Assembly: GCA_010093815.1 (NCBI GenBank)
Contig: ML996565.1
From: Pseudovirgaria hyperparasitica
Taxonomy: Eukaryota
Strand: one strand, 5' to 3'
Length of the DNA: 64,000 nucleotides
Part shown: piece by piece, positions 13,481-24,712 of the stretch
Layout: each line of letters begins with the position of its first letter
Position numbering within the stretch: the stretch's first letter is position 1
The notes under the pieces: model-generated
What the model was told of the DNA's origin: nothing
The model's database searches: none
What the model saw: only the letters and a program-made list of their open reading frames with translations
Position numbers and translations under genes: made by a program

Positions 13481-13490
13481 CCGGTTTCGG
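13481..13490 (+). promoter_or_regulatory. Putative Leu3/LeuB binding site (CCG-N4-CGG) upstream of ILV3
   Basis: CCGGTTTCGG about 100 nt upstream of the ILV3 ATG (13589); matches the established Leu3 everted CGG repeat. Confidence 0.6.
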
Positions 13491-13588
13491 CAATCGTTCG
13501 GAGTCTCGGACGAGAATATTTCGATAGCTTTCATGCTCACCATTTGAACCAGAATTCCAGCTCTCGACATTTGTCCAACGCAGACAAG

Positions 13589-15442
13589 ATGCTTCTTCCA
13601 CGATGTCGAGGAGCTTTAACCAGCTCCAGGTGGAGCTCAAGGGCCAATTGGCCGGCAACAACGTTTGTCAATCAGTCACCGTCAATCGAGGTAGAGCTAA
13701 TCAGGCTGCGCAGATGCAGGGCCATATCAACGTCGATGCCACGGCAGAAAGGCGAAAACTTAAACAAAGTCAGCAGTACAATTACCCAGCCGAAGTCACA
13801 GGGTGCATCTCAGGCAATGCTGTACGCCACTGGACTCAGCGATGAAGACATGAACAAGGCCCAGGTTGGAATATCTTCCGTTTGGTTTACTGGTAACCCT
13901 TGTAACATGCATCTGCTTGACTTGAACAACAAGGTCAAGGAGGGTGTTGTCAAAGCTGGACTCCTAGGCATGCAGTTCAATACCATTGGTGTTAGTGACG
14001 GCATATCCATGGGAACAAAAGGAATGCGATATTCTCTACAGTCAAGAGATCTCATTGCAGACTCAATCGAGACCGTGATGGGCGGACAATGGTATGATGC
14101 CAACATATCTATCCCAGGATGCGACAAGAACATGCCTGGTGTCATCATGGCCATGGGAAGAGTAAACAGGCCATCGATGATGGTATATGGTGGAAGCATT
14201 ATGCCTGGTTGCGCACGTACAATGAACAACCAAGACATCGACATCGTTAATGCATTCCAGTCATATGGCCAGTATATTGCCGGAGATATCACAGAAGAGA
14301 CGAGATACGACATCACACGTAACGCCTGCCCCGGCCAGGGCGCATGTGGAGGAATGTATACCGCCAACACTATGGCTACTGCTATTGAGACCCTCGGCTT
14401 GACCTTACCTGGATCCTCGTCAAATACGGCGATTTCAAAAGCTAAAGAGCAAGAATGTCTTGATGCTGGTGCTGCTATCAGAAACCTCTTGAAAGAGGAC
14501 ATCAGACCAAAGGATATCATCACAAGGACTGCGCTGGAAGACGCTATGGTCCTCATCAACATCACTGGAGGCTCAACGAATGCTGTTCTCCACCTGATTG
14601 CCATAGCAGACTCCGTCGGTATCAAGCTCACGATCGACGATTTCCAGAGTGTTAGCGATCGTATTCCGCTGCTGGCAGATCTCAAGCCATCTGGAAAGTA
14701 CGTCATGGCAGATATCGGAAGAATCGGTGGAACCCCATCACTCCTCAAGTTTTTGCTTAAGGAAGGTTTAATCAGTGGCAGCGGAGTTACAGCCACTGGA
14801 AAGACACTGAAAGAAAATGTGTCCAGCGCACCAGACTTCCCAGCAGACCAAGACATCATCCGGCCAGTTAACAACCCGCTCAAGAGTACTGGTCACATCC
14901 AGATCCTCCGCGGAAATCTAGCCCCTGGTGGTTGTGTAGGCAAAATCACTGGCAAGGAGGGACTGAAATTCACAGGGAAGGCCAAGGTCTATGACGCCGA
15001 GACCGACTTTATTACCGCTCTCGAAAATGGCGCCATCAAAAAGGGAGAGAAGACAGTCGTGGTCATTCGCTATGAAGGACCAAAGGGCGGACCAGGTATG
15101 CCAGAGATGCTGAAACCCAGCTCAGCAATTATGGGTTATGGCCTCGGGAAAGATGTTGCACTTCTCACGGATGGACGGTTCAGCGGAGGTAGCCATGGCT
15201 TCTTGATCGGCCACATTGTCCCTGAGGCCCAAGAAGGTGGACCTATTGGACTGGTTCAAGACGGCGATGAGATTACTATTGATGCTGAGTCGCGCGAGTT
15301 GAACGTGGCTGTTAGCGATGCAGACATGGAAGCACGGAGGCAAGCATGGACGCCACCTCCACTCAAGTACTCGAAGGGGACGCTCTTCAAATATGCGAAG
15401 TTGGTCAAGGATGCGAGCCATGGAGCTGTCACGGATGCTTAA
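13589..15442 (+). CDS. ILV3: Dihydroxy-acid dehydratase, mitochondrial
   Basis: Arg/Ser-rich presequence; [68 protein letters not shown]; possible 42-nt intron 13663-13704. Confidence 0.98.
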   Translation: MLLPRCRGALTSSRWSSRANWPATTFVNQSPSIEVELIRLRRCRAISTSMPRQKGENLNKVSSTITQPKSQGASQAMLYATGLSDEDMNKAQVGISSVWFTGNPCNMHLLDLNNKVKEGVVKAGLLGMQFNTIGVSDGISMGTKGMRYSLQSRDLIADSIETVMGGQWYDANISIPGCDKNMPGVIMAMGRVNRPSMMVYGGSIMPGCARTMNNQDIDIVNAFQSYGQYIAGDITEETRYDITRNACPGQGACGGMYTANTMATAIETLGLTLPGSSSNTAISKAKEQECLDAGAAIRNLLKEDIRPKDIITRTALEDAMVLINITGGSTNAVLHLIAIADSVGIKLTIDDFQSVSDRIPLLADLKPSGKYVMADIGRIGGTPSLLKFLLKEGLISGSGVTATGKTLKENVSSAPDFPADQDIIRPVNNPLKSTGHIQILRGNLAPGGCVGKITGKEGLKFTGKAKVYDAETDFITALENGAIKKGEKTVVVIRYEGPKGGPGMPEMLKPSSAIMGYGLGKDVALLTDGRFSGGSHGFLIGHIVPEAQEGGPIGLVQDGDEITIDAESRELNVAVSDADMEARRQAWTPPPLKYSKGTLFKYAKLVKDASHGAVTDA

Positions 15443-15939
15443 AAAGTAATACTTCTTGAGGCGTTGGGCTTAAGGCGTTGGCGGAAGAAAGCATGAGTTT
15501 TGCGACATCTAGGCCATCTCGAGCTCTTATGAATCTACTTGAGGTGTACACATACATATTTGATCATGTTGAGGTGGACGTATCATTGGGATTTCGAAAC
15601 ATACTATAGTTGTCTGCGAAAATCCCGTGCATAATCATTTTGCAGAACACGTGGGTCAGTGGTTCGTGGCTTGCATCTCAATGGTCCGAGCGGGGTCTAC
15701 TGTTGTAGTGTGAGTGACGTCTCCGAGCTACATCCTGGCTTTGCATAGACCACCTATTGAGCACATGCAAACGGTCCTTTCAAATCTCTCACTCCCACCT
15801 CCAGTTCAACAGACAATGCACTGCATTCGACCACGCTAATTAGCATTCATTGAAACACTCCGACCGGACAGCTTGCGATGGCCATGCAGCTCTGAATACA
15901 TGCTTTCGGGATCACATCCACTCAATAGATAGCGCCGCA

Positions 15940-17621
15940 ATGGCTTCCGCAACAGCTGAATCAACACCCCTTTTGCATTCTGATAGTCAGGCACAGAAAT
16001 CGTCACAACGGACAGCAGCCCCGAAACCTTTCACGAGACCGCAACGCAACGTGACTTTTAATCCTACCGTGCTCGCTAGTAGCCCTCCTACGTCGTCTGC
16101 TGTTCGACCCTCTACCATACATCCTTTACCTCCAGTGACGGCTCATCACGGAGGAAAACAGCCCGTTCTGTCAGCGCTCAATAGCAAGCTAAGAAGACGT
16201 AATAGTACTGCTGGCACTCTACCTTCAATACCAGCGCCGAAAATTGGACCGCAACGAACCACAAGAACTGCTCAAAAATTGAAGCTCTTACCTGATCCAG
16301 AACAAGGCGAAGATGGGGATGAAGAGAGTGGACGAGACGTTTATGCACAGTTTACAAGATTGAAAGACCCCACATCGAGGAGAGATGCGGCGCGACTCGG
16401 TAAAGAGGATCGAGAGAAGCTACCTAGGGTTACAGCGTACTGCACAGCATCATCGTATCGAATGGAAGATCTTATGCGCTTTCTGAAAGGGAAGGCTAGA
16501 TTAAGAGGTGCAGTGCCCAAGCTGTTCGACGAATGTATATATTCCCCGTACACATATGACAAGCACGGGATGGACAAATTTACAGAGCCTGGGCCAGAGC
16601 ATCACTTGATGTCAATACAGGAGCGGGAAAGAAGATACTCGGATAGCGCGATCGAAGTCGAGACGCACAACGAGCAACGAAGGGATGATCTCATCAACTT
16701 ACATGGCCAAAGCTCCGAAGAACCCAGCTCGCACGCCGGAGAGAGTTCTTCAGTTCAAGATGTCATCCCCGATTACCAAAGTTTGCCCGAATCTCGGCCT
16801 AACCCAGCGGACTTTGACACTAATGTACACATACCTGAGGTATTTTTGTTCAACTACGGGACTGTCGTTATTTGGGGCATGAGCATGCATCAGGAGCATC
16901 GATTCTTGAAGGAGATTTCCAAGTTTGAAATTGAAAAATTAGCTAAAGACGACGTCCAGACGGAAGATTTCAACTTTTACTATACTCGCGAATACCAAGC
17001 CAGGATTTACAATGACTTCATCAGTCTACGCGAGAAGAAGAACTACATGACAAAGCTAGCCATCAGTCATGCGCTCGCGCAGAGTGTCAAGGCAAGTACC
17101 TGACAGTTGTTTTGTTTGTTCTAGAGAACTAATATACGATAGACGTCTTTATACGAAGATCTTGTTGATAATACGATCGAGTCAACGAAAGACATACCGG
17201 CGCAAATAGCAATGTCCGGAAAAGTCGATTTGACTCGGAAGCAAATAAACATGCAGATTGGCGAATTGTTCATCCTGAGAATCAGCATACACCTCCAAGG
17301 TTCTGTTTTGGATGCGCCCGAGCTGATGTGGGCAGAGCCACAACTGGATCCTGTATATCAAGCAGTACGAAGTTATCTGGAAATGGACCAGAGAGTTGGA
17401 CTCCTCACGGAGCGACTAGATGTCATTGCAGACCTGTTGGCAGTGTTGAAAGACCAGCTAACCGCAACCCACGTAATTCCACCATCCCACTAGCTACAGA
17501 CCTAGACTAACTGATATTGCAGGGCGAGTTGTTGGAGTGGATCGTCATTGTGTTGATCGCTGCTGAGATCCTGGTAGCAGCAGTTAACATAGTCGTTGAT
17601 TTGTACGCCGGTGTTGATTAA
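15940..17621 (+). CDS. RMD1: RMD1/Sif2 (DUF155) family protein, ~526 aa, 3 exons (introns 17092-17142 GC-AG, 17473-17522)
   Basis: LPRVTAYCTASSY, EVFLFNYGTVVIWG, RIYNDFISL, AISHALAQSVK|TSLYE, YLEMDQRV, C-terminal LEWIVIVLIAAEI transmembrane segment. Confidence 0.9.
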
Positions 17622-18169
17622 GGGATTCGTGCATTAGCATTCTGTACGGCAGGCTATCAGTTCTACCTGGGCCGAGTTTTGGCGGGAGGATGTATTATTG
17701 CGAATAATGAAGGGGAGATAGGACCTAGATGGTGTCTATTTATAGGGAAGTTGAGAACCAGACCAGTCGGAGCCGATCCCATCGCGTGCTCTTGGGTGAG
17801 CTTGTGGCTAGTCAATGAAAAATGGTGCCCGGAGATAGCCGTTCACGACTCCGTGGTTATAATACATCGTGAAATTCAGCTTTCGCATAGTCTGGGCATG
17901 CAAAACATCCCGCAGACTGAAGTTTTTTTAAAAGTTGTAAACGCACGCACTCGCTCTACATGTCACGGGTGACAGGAAACAATCCATGGATGCTCGGATG
18001 GATGAGCCGAATGCCCGAACCTCAAGTTTAAGTGCAGGGAGCTCTCAAGTTAGTCCTCAACTTGTCGCTCTTAGCCTACTGCCTCTGCCTTTGCCCCACA
18101 CCGCCATGATATTGCGAATCAAGCGTGGACGACTAACTCAATGAGCCTCGTCCCCATGACACGATCCTC

Positions 18170-21100
18170 ATGAGTTGGAATTTGCTAGAACGATTCATTG
18201 AGTCGGACCACTTCAACAATGACCCGAGTCTGTCGGTCGCGTACTTGTCCCGGTATGCAGATCACGTCGGAATTCACTACCACCTCTGCTCCAAGCTGCG
18301 ACAGTTCTCATGGGCCGAGATAGAGTTCTTCTTGCCTCAGTGTAGGTAGTCCGCGCAAAAGAGGGCCTTCTGGCTGCTAATGGAGACGCAGTATGCCACC
18401 TGCTCATTAGTGTAGAAAATGAGTCGATGGCATTGGAGGAGTTTATATATGACCTGTGCGAGGAATCCGTAAATGGCGCCCTACTTGTAAGAAGGTCTCT
18501 ATGCCATGTATACATTCTCGGCTGACTTGTAGACCTTCTGGCTATTCCAAACCTACCTTCACGACCTCTCTCCGGACCCAAATTCGAACTCCTTCAGGAC
18601 ATGTCGAAGAATATACAACAAAGTGCAACGTATAGTATTTGGTGGTGCAGAGCCCATCAAGAGAGAAAAGATAAAAGAGAACATATTACCAGTCTCAGTT
18701 CTGTCAAGTATCATAATTGCGTCTGCCGCATCGCCTCTCTTATCCAGACATGCTGGACCCCTGGCCGTCGCTCAAGCCCGCAAGCCGCGGCCGCTGGATG
18801 ACGATATTATATCAGATGGAATCCAGGCGCAGAAGTTGAACAGAAGTCAGACAGTTGGTGGAGGACCTGCGCGGCAGCGAAGACCCAGACCAGCCCAGGG
18901 CCATTCAGACCCAGAGGATGCACGACAACCCAGTCGAGGAGGACCGACGTCCGTACCGAGTCAAAAGCCATTATCTCCCTCGAGCGATGCTCTGAGAAAG
19001 TCACAGAGACCACGCGCTGCGGGCACGCGACCATCTCTTCTCGCTATAGGAAAGGAGGCCAGACTTTCAACGTCGTCTCTCCCCGATTTTCGTCCTGGTG
19101 TATCGCCAGCTCTACCCACACCGCCTGCAACGGCTGGGTATGACACTCGCCCTAGCAATCTTTCCGCGGCAAGGCGACGCTCTGAGGCTTCAAAACCTCT
19201 TAGTCCAAGCAACCTTACACGTGAGCAGAAACGGAGGTTGCTACGGGCAAATTACTTCCGGAGCCAGACTCAATTCCTCACCGCTCTGGAGGACATCTCG
19301 AATCGGTTGGTTGTTGTGCCCAAGCCCGCGCGTTTGAGCGCCCTTCGTGCGGAGTTGGCTTTGATCGCTCAAGACCTACCTGCGGAAGTCGACATTCCGC
19401 TAATCTATCCTGCTGTGTTGGAAGACGGAGCTGCTGCGAAAAGCAGACATCATCGCATCGTGCGACTTAACCCCGCTGAAGCTACGAGTTTGAACAGCGC
19501 GGAAAGGGTGCCATATCTTCTCTTAGTAGAGGTATTGAGGGAAGATTTCGACTTCGACCCTGACTCGGAGGCGAACGAGCGTATTTTGAGCAAGATACTG
19601 CTAGAGAAATCTTCCCAAAAACGGCGTCTTTTTGATATCACGAGTGCGTCGCCGACTCAAATATCTGCTAAAGGCGGCGAAGAAGTCCCAGACAGTGTGC
19701 TGGAGCCGGCGAATGGAGATCTTGGGACTACCTCCCTAATGCGAGATCCAGATGAAGACATTATGAATGTATCGAAAATCACAATACACGCACCTTCAAG
19801 TCCGCTTGTACAGGCAGTGCTGGCACCAAGGTCATCTAGCGGTGGGCATACGACATCGTCTGCAACGGCAGTATCAACTCCTCGAAGCTCAGCGACAGAC
19901 ATTAGCAGATCTAACAGTCCTACCCCTCTACGTAAGATGACACTACCAATAAACAATCGCAACCAAGCTCCTGATCAACCTGACTTTTCTGCACTGGCTA
20001 CGCATATGAGAACAGCCGCACAGATGCTTGCTCAGCTTGAGACTAGTGGGTCCAAACGTCCGAAGAGCGAAGTGGCAGCAATCAAAGCAAAGATCATCGC
20101 TAGTATGCAAAGTCTCGAGGAACAAAGCTTCACAGACGAGAACAGTAGTCCTACCTTCGACAGCATCATGCAGGACACAAGTCGCCTCGCTCCTGGTGCT
20201 TCGCTCGAAATCGACGACGCCCTAGACACCACTGATCCAAACCTTAGTTCTGGTGCTGGCGCTGCCCGCATGGAAAACGACTCCAAAACGGGCGGTGTCC
20301 AACGCAAAGGCGACCGCGACGATCCCAGTGCCGCCACTTTCGGTGAAGATTGGATTGCGAAAAAGGAACGCATTCGCAAAACCTCTCCCTGGGGCTGGTA
20401 CAAGAACTGGGATCTTATCAGTGTCATCGTCAAAACAGGCGCCGATTTGCGGCAAGAAGCCTTTGCCTGCCAACTCATCCAGGTCTGCTCGCGCATCTGG
20501 ATCGAATCCGCGATTCCCGTGTGGGTGAAACGTATGCGTATCCTCGTCACGGGAGAATCGTCCGGCCTCATCGAGACCATCACCAATGGCGTCTCCCTAC
20601 ACTCGCTCAAACGCAGCCTCACTCTCGCCAGCATTGCAGCCGGCACAAACCCGCGGAAACGTATTGCCTCGCTACATGATCATTTTGTCAAGACATTTGG
20701 GAACGCAGAAATGGACTCTCACGCCGACGCCGTCGATGCATTTGCCCGCTCACTCGCTGCGTACAGCGTCATCTGCTACGTGCTACAGCTCAAAGATCGA
20801 CACAACGGCAACATCCTGGTCGACACGGAAGGCCATATAGTACATATCGACTTCGGCTTCATGCTGTCCAACAGCCCTGGCAGCATGGGCTTCGAGGCCG
20901 CGCCGTTCAAGCTAACGCAGGAATACGTCGACGTTCTGGGCGGCGTGGGAAGCGAGGCGTTTGAGCTGTTCAAGGAGCTGTGCAAACAGTCATTCCAGGC
21001 GCTGCGCAAGGAGGCAGAGAGGATCGTCATGCTAGTCGAGTTGATGGGCCAGCATAGCAAGATGCCCTGTTTTGCCGGCGGCGTGCAGACGAGCGTGCAG

Positions 21101-21309
21101 GCGCTGCGGCAGCGCTTCGTCTTGCATCTCAGCCGCGACGAGGCTGAAGGCTTCGTCGAGGAGCTGGTCGCCAAGAGTCTGGGCAGTTATTACACAAGGC
21201 TGTGAGTTTGCATGGTGCTCTGTTCTGTGCTGTTGATTGCAGGTCGTGCTAACCTGTGTGTGTGTGCAGGTATGATACGTTCCAGTATCGCACTCAGGGT
21301 ATATATTGA
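18170..21309 (+). CDS. PIK1: Phosphatidylinositol 4-kinase type III beta, ~991 aa, 4 exons (introns 18342-18391, 18487-18532, 21202-21269)
   Basis: IEFFLPQLCHLL N-terminal helical domain, LNSAERVPY, IVKTGADLRQE, KDRHNGNIL, HIDFGF, C-terminal YDTFQYRTQGIY. Confidence 0.97.
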
Positions 21310-22139
21310 AATGCAATATGCTGCCAAACGACACGATATATATCTGTCCGTCTGTTCGGAAATTGCTATCTACTCCCGTCCATCCCCTCTCGCATTCCCT
21401 GCATTCGCCAGATGATGACCATCGCATCTCCTTAACTCCCCACTAGATTCAACTTACTCCAGCCCGCGTGATCCATGGATCCTGACTGGTATCCCTCGCC
21501 CTTCAACAGTACCAGATTCGGATCTGTGTCCTCGCCTCTATGCTAACAAACAGCATCCAATAACCACTATTGCGTTCGTCTTTGCTTGAACGCTCCTCTT
21601 TCTCATAAGATAGCATTTCTGAGAAAATCAGGGTGTCTTTATTGGGAGCGTTAGTTTGGAATACGGCATTATTGGGGTGGGGGCAAAGGAGTGGTGATTG
21701 CGGGTGGATGTGGGTGCTAATCACGTATACTATGCGTTTTGACAGTAACGTATTTATATACATGTACGCATGGGCGAGGTGGGTGATAGGCGATCGATTC
21801 TGGAGGGATAGTTGATCAAAGGAGGTGGAAGATTTGAAGGGGTACTAGCAGTCCTCTCCCTCTCTCTGACGTAAAGTAATATTCTTAGCTCTAGCTAGAT
21901 CTGGACCTATGTTTTTTTAGTTCTATGTAGGTAGTATGTATTACTAGTGGCGCTGGGCGAGAATATACGACATGCTATATGCTATATGCTGTGTGTATGT
22001 ATAACATACACGGACACACGTGTTAATCATGAACACCCACACATCTAAACTCTACGCTGCCAGTCAAAAACGCCCGCGTCATGCATCGTCGTGCATTACT
22101 CGTCAAACTCATGCCATGTTCACTCTGGACGGTACATCC

Positions 22140-23405
22140 TCATCGTATCATTGCTATAAATCACGGTAAGAAAAGATTACCTTTAGACCATGCGGGGGGA
22201 AAAGACTTACTGGCATCAATCTGCATGATCCGTGGTAGCGCTAGCTTGACTTTCAAACGGTAATGCGCCGGATCACGCAACTGCACAGGATTGCCCTCAA
22301 AGTAGACCGTCGTCAGTTCCTGAGAGTGGTTCAGTTCTTGTTCGATATCTTTGAAGTCGTCGATCTTGCAGTAGCTGGCCCATAGCTCCTCGAGATGGAC
22401 CAGGGGCTTCAGACCCGCGAGTGATGTGATTGGGTTATTGGAAATGTCTAGTGTGCGGAGGTTGGTGTTGTTTTCGATGCCAGAAAGAGAGGTGAGTGCG
22501 TTGTGCGAGATGTGGAGTTGTTCAAGAGATGCAAGATGCGAGATACCGGATATACTGGTAAGGCGGTTTGATTGGATAGAGAGAATTGTGAGGTTTGTGA
22601 GCGTGTCGAGACCGCGAATTTGGGTAATTTTGTTTTTGCCGAGCCACAGTTCTTCTAGGGCAGTCAAGGTCTTCAGGCCTTGAATCTCGCGGATGCGATT
22701 CGCGCCCAGCTCGAGGTTGCGGAGTTTTGTAAGCGTTGATAGGCCTTCTATGGTCTGGATTTTATTCTGTACGAAGTAGAGATCTCGGAGCTCAATAAGG
22801 TGCTCGAGTCTCTTGATGTGCTTGATCTTGTTGAAGCTCAGATCCAACGAAGTAAGCTTTGTGAGGGCGTCTAGACCTTTGATATGTGCGACTGCATTAT
22901 CGTATAAGTCAAGCTCTGTCAATGTCTTTCCCAAATCCTCTGGAAACTCGATTGTGGATATCTGATTTTGTCTCAGGCATAGTCGCTCGATCTTCTTGAA
23001 CCGTTCTAGTCTTAGAGCAGGTATTGACTTCACACGACAGTGTACAAGGTTGATATCATCCTCTTCTAGATCTTCTTCCTCTAGCAAGTCTTCGTCAGCA
23101 TTGATCGCCTCGCCTTCCATCGGCGTGCCTTCTTGCACGTTGACTATTCTGCCCTCTGAAGCATCTCTTTCTGCGTTTCCCTCCTCCTCATCACTGTCCT
23201 CCGGCTCACTTTCTGCTTCCGGGTCCACAAAGCCCGCACCATCTCCCCCTCTCAAGTCGGTTTTGTTCAGCCTCAGCTTCCCATCCCAGCCTTTTGCATC
23301 TGTAGGTTTATGTGCTGTCTCAGCAGACGGGTACGAGCCTGCGTCGGAGGTTGTGGGTACACCAGCACCTTTCATGGTCTCGTGTGTGTCTGCTGCAGGG
23401 ACCAT
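22140..23405 (-). CDS. SDS22: Protein phosphatase 1 regulatory subunit SDS22 (LRR), ~402 aa, intron 22154-22210 and a 14-nt terminal exon
   Basis: 22-aa LRRs (LCLRQNQI, LDLYDNAV, LDLSFNKI, LYFVQNKI, LELGANRI, LWLGKNKI); TVYFEGNP LRR cap; GWDGKLR motif. Confidence 0.95.
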
Positions 23406-24712
23406 GATCGCGGGTCAAGTAAAAGGTAGTAGAATGGCGGATACAATAATATTGACTAGTGGATCGGTCGTTGTAAGTCGTCGTTGACGATGATGATGAA
23501 TTGCAGAAGAGCTGATAGTGTATCGTTCCAGAACAGAATGTTTAATATGCCCCTCACGAATGAACGAGTGCATAAGAAGAAAGGCGCTACACGAGGGACG
23601 AAAGTTTGTCATATGCAAGCTGCAGCTCCAGAGGCGGGCCTGCCCTTGCCCCCCACATGCCACTTTCGTCATTACCACCCTGTCCCTGTCCCCTGTTACC
23701 CATCGCGCCGAAGTGACAGTAGCGAGTCAGCCTTATGCACCGGACTCATATCAGACATATTCCGGGTGAGAGTTCACAAGCCGATACATGTAGACTCTTC
23801 ACACATTTAGTACAGCAAGTAATTCACATACAGAACAGAACACGTCGCATCACAACACCATAACTCGAATTTATACGTATATTAGAGAGACTCACACGCA
23901 CATGGCAGCCGTGCCGTACAGCCAGCCAGTCTTCTCGCTAGTACAGCCCTACAATGCTTTTGCCTGTCTTGGTCTACTGAGAAAACAATCCGTGCGTCTG
24001 TCCACATATCAACCCCCTTAAGTTGGTAGAGGATCAGACATGCCAATTCGCTAACACGCAGAAACGACAAAGGAGATACAAATTATGCTGGACGACGCGG
24101 ACTTGCGAGGACGGAAAGCTTTTAGGCGGCCTCTTCCCAACTGATGCCGTTGAAGGTCCGAGTAACATGATTGGCTTGTTGGCTGGATCCTCAATTGTGC
24201 ACATTCTGACAATAGATGGTAATTGACTAGCGAGGCGTACCAAAAGGAATTAAGCAGTGAGATTTGACCGATAACTGAACTCGACTCGACTGTGCAATGT
24301 ATGAGTTCATAAAAACTTCCGTTCGGCTATACGTAGACAGGGACCGATAGATCAGCTTCGGCCTGCCACAAACAAAAGAAAAAGAGGAAAAGCCGGAAGC
24401 TCCTGGAAGAATAGGATATATGTCTGTATGCAATGATGCTTGTATTCGCTGCTAGTGTAACAAGGGCGGGTTGGATTTCGCTGTACGATACTACGGGGCT
24501 CAATAGCGAGAAGGTGGAAATGGTGAATACTCCCGCGACGCCAGTCTCGACTTTTCGTTGGAATGATTGCGCTTTTGGGTGTTGCTGATACTTTGCCGGT
24601 TGCGGTTTTCCGCTATGCGTATTACAATAGATAATGGGTATTATCAGACGTGCGTACTCGGAGAAATGGCAACCAGGCTTTTCACCGATTCGAGGTCAAT
24701 GATGGGATATCA

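Noticed and set aside
13376..13588. 71-codon in-frame extension upstream of ILV3 (ORF track start 13376)
   Set aside because: It would mask the presequence starting at 13589 and overlaps the promoter and Leu3-like site; likely a chance open frame
13810..14883. 357-aa antisense ORF within ILV3, and similar antisense ORFs in PIK1, MDN1, PRO3 and ERG1
   Set aside because: Shadow ORFs caused by codon bias on the coding strand; no recognisable motifs
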